Positions 15,797 through 17,750 of a DNA stretch of 17,750 nt are shown here, piece after piece. Below the pieces are notes generated by a model. The model worked only from the letters and a program-made list of their open reading frames with translations, did not search any database and was not told where the DNA came from. Source of the stretch: Candidatus Scalinduaceae bacterium (lineage in GTDB: Bacteria; Planctomycetota; Brocadiia; Brocadiales; Scalinduaceae); assembly GCA_046759445.1 (NCBI GenBank), contig JBHICG010000069.1, positions 1 to 17,750 on the forward strand, written 5' to 3'. Made by a program: the position numbers and the translations under genes. The first letter of the stretch is position 1; every line of letters starts with the position of its first letter.

Positions 15797-17750
15797 ATGA
15801 AAAAATTAGCTGTTTTTCCCATTATTGTATCTTTTGCAATAATTTGTATGTCCCCGCGAAGTACGGCTGCGCAGGAAACAATTTACGGAGCACCGGGGAC
15901 TTCAATCCAGCAAGCAGTCATAAACTTCAGTGAACTTGCACAGCAGGAGGCATTATATCCAGCCGTACCGAAAGCGCCTAAGGTACCTCCCTATATGCCC
16001 GTTCCTGGTAATTTGCCGCTACCAAGCGGTATCGCACCATCTTCAACTCCACAGGTAGGAAGTGGTACTGATAACGCTTTTACAGAGCTAGAACCAGTTC
16101 CAGAAGCTTTTATCCCCTCTCCTGCACCCTCCAAAAACTTCTTAGCTATTGATGACAATAACACTTCTATACCTCCAGACACACACGGCGCAGTGGGACC
16201 AAACCACCTGATGGTAACACTCAACACGCAGGTGCGCATACAGAACCGTTCTGGTACTGCGCTTAGTACAGTATCAATGGACGGCTTTTGGGCAAGCTTG
16301 GGCAATCCTAATGCATTTGACCCCAAGGTGCTCTACGATCATTTAAACAACCGCTGGATGTTTACTGCCTGTGCAGATTCCTTCTCTGCCAGCTCGGCCC
16401 AGTTGATTGCTGTGTCTCAAACAAGTGACCCAACTGGTAATTGGAACCTCTTCAGAATAGATGCCGATCCTACCAACACAAATTGGGTGGACTTCCCGAG
16501 TATGGGATTTAATAAGGATTGGATAGTTGTATCGGTGAATATGTTTACAATTGCCGGTGGTATCTTTCAGGGTACTAACATCTACGTGTTTAAAAAGATT
16601 GACCTATATAATAATGTGGCTGGCACACATACTCTAATACAAACCACGACATTAGGCGGTACTCATGTGCCTGCAACTACTTATAGCAGTACGTTGTCTA
16701 GGATTTACCTGATAAATCGCTGGGATAGTAACGCTGGTATGCTTCGCCTATACGAAATTACGGGTGTAGTGGGCAATGAAATGCTGACACCTATAGGGTT
16801 TCCTACCAGCCCAGAAAATTGGGCAGGGATTGTACCAGATAATTTTGCTCCGCAGCTAGGTTCTGGAACGGGGATAATGGTAAACGACGCGCGAATAGGC
16901 AATTTACTATACCGCAATGATACACTTTGGACTACACACACAGTGTTCTTGCCTACTGTAGCGCCGTCACGGAGTTCAATTCAGTGGTGGCAAATTGCAA
17001 CGGATGCCAGTATTTTGCAGCGCGGTCGTATAGATGACTCTGTGGGCGGGAACTTTTACGCTTTTCCCAGCATAGCAGTGAACAAAAATGATGATGTTCT
17101 TATCGGTTATTCAAGATTCTCTGCCAATCAGTTTGCCAGCGGCAACTATTCATTTCGCTCAGGTACCGACCCAGCCAACATCATGCGCGATGATGCCGTC
17201 CTGAAAGCCGGTGAGGATACCTACATTAAAGACGTTGGTAGTGGTAGAGTACGCTGGGGCGATTACAGTAATACGGTGGTTGATCCCGTAAATGATATCG
17301 ATATGTGGACTATCCAGGAATATGCAGCTACAGATGTTGGGCCTACCGCCAGTGATGATCGTTGGGGCACATGGTGGGGTTTAATTAAACTAACACAAAG
17401 CTGTACATTCTCCATCTCGCCTACAAGTCATTTCTTCAGTGAAAGTGGTGGAACTGGCAGTGTAAGTGTAAGTGCTCTTGGTGGATGTACCTGGACGGCT
17501 TCAAGCAATGCATCATGGATAACGATAACGTCGGGTAGCAGTGGAAGTGGAAACGGGACAGTGAGTTACTCGGTTTCATTAAATCCAGTCATGAGTTCAA
17601 GAAAAGGTATAATGACCATTGCTGGTCAGACATTTACAGTAATACAAAAGGGAGAATTTGTTTTTGACGATGTCATCATTGATTTTGGAGCTGCGGGTAT
17701 ATGGGTGAGGAAGAACGATGCCGGTTGGATACCGCTTCACCCCTCTAGTC
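15797..17750 (+). CDS. Large secreted/surface protein (signal peptide, Pro-rich linker, PPD...RWGDY beta-rich domain, BACON-like domain, FG-GAP-like repeat), 3' partial
   Basis: Hand translation is open from ATG 15797 to the window end (651 codons). It starts MKKLAVFPIIVSFAIICMSPRSTAA-QE and includes IPPDTHGAVGPNH, FDPKVLYD....RW, SQTSDPTGNW and RWGDYS (17252). CTFSISPTS...GCTWTASSNASWITITSGSSGSGNGTVSYSV...TIAGQTFTVIQ spans ~17402-17647, followed by DDVIIDFGAAGIWVRKND. Confidence 0.88.
   Translation, partial: MKKLAVFPIIVSFAIICMSPRSTAAQETIYGAPGTSIQQAVINFSELAQQEALYPAVPKAPKVPPYMPVPGNLPLPSGIAPSSTPQVGSGTDNAFTELEPVPEAFIPSPAPSKNFLAIDDNNTSIPPDTHGAVGPNHLMVTLNTQVRIQNRSGTALSTVSMDGFWASLGNPNAFDPKVLYDHLNNRWMFTACADSFSASSAQLIAVSQTSDPTGNWNLFRIDADPTNTNWVDFPSMGFNKDWIVVSVNMFTIAGGIFQGTNIYVFKKIDLYNNVAGTHTLIQTTTLGGTHVPATTYSSTLSRIYLINRWDSNAGMLRLYEITGVVGNEMLTPIGFPTSPENWAGIVPDNFAPQLGSGTGIMVNDARIGNLLYRNDTLWTTHTVFLPTVAPSRSSIQWWQIATDASILQRGRIDDSVGGNFYAFPSIAVNKNDDVLIGYSRFSANQFASGNYSFRSGTDPANIMRDDAVLKAGEDTYIKDVGSGRVRWGDYSNTVVDPVNDIDMWTIQEYAATDVGPTASDDRWGTWWGLIKLTQSCTFSISPTSHFFSESGGTGSVSVSALGGCTWTASSNASWITITSGSSGSGNGTVSYSVSLNPVMSSRKGIMTIAGQTFTVIQKGEFVFDDVIIDFGAAGIWVRKNDAGWIPLHPSS

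Noticed and set aside
15991..16941. Minus-strand ORFs 15991-16326 and 16705-16941
   Set aside because: Antisense to the long plus-strand secreted-protein frame.
1..17750. CRISPR arrays, tRNA/rRNA genes, riboswitches
   Set aside because: No regularly spaced repeats or recognisable RNA-gene motifs were found in any intergenic region by eye. A covariance-model scan would be needed to exclude small ncRNAs.

Overview
AT-rich bacterial chromosomal window. It is probably from an anammox-type planctomycete (Brocadiales/Scalindua-like); this is an inference from the TatA and ArgJ sequence styles and was not checked by search. Left to right: (i) the 3' end of a sulfur-relay operon (partial DsrE-like gene, JAMM/M67 peptidase with an unusual two-TM tail, TusA). 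(ii) Two minus-strand elements missed by the ORF track: a 28-aa bL37-like ribosomal protein ORF and a 5'-truncated tatA remnant. (iii) A ~9.2 kb co-oriented cassette: three paralogous geranylgeranyl-reductase-like FAD domains (one standalone gene, one tandem-domain gene) whose last gene abuts two duplicated histidine kinase + single-domain receiver pairs, with no DNA-binding output. One kinase has Cache/HAMP/Cys-rich PAS sensors, the other a c-type heme DUF3365-like sensor. (iv) A multiply disrupted MOSC-domain pseudogene. (v) Leu/Phe/Val dehydrogenase, an ArfB-like GGQ hydrolase, a DUF799-like lipoprotein and argJ. (vi) A large secreted protein with a BACON-like domain that runs off the right edge and is absent from the ORF track. 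No tRNA, rRNA, CRISPR array, integrase or transposase was seen. The best candidate for an undescribed system is the flavoprotein plus dual two-component cassette.
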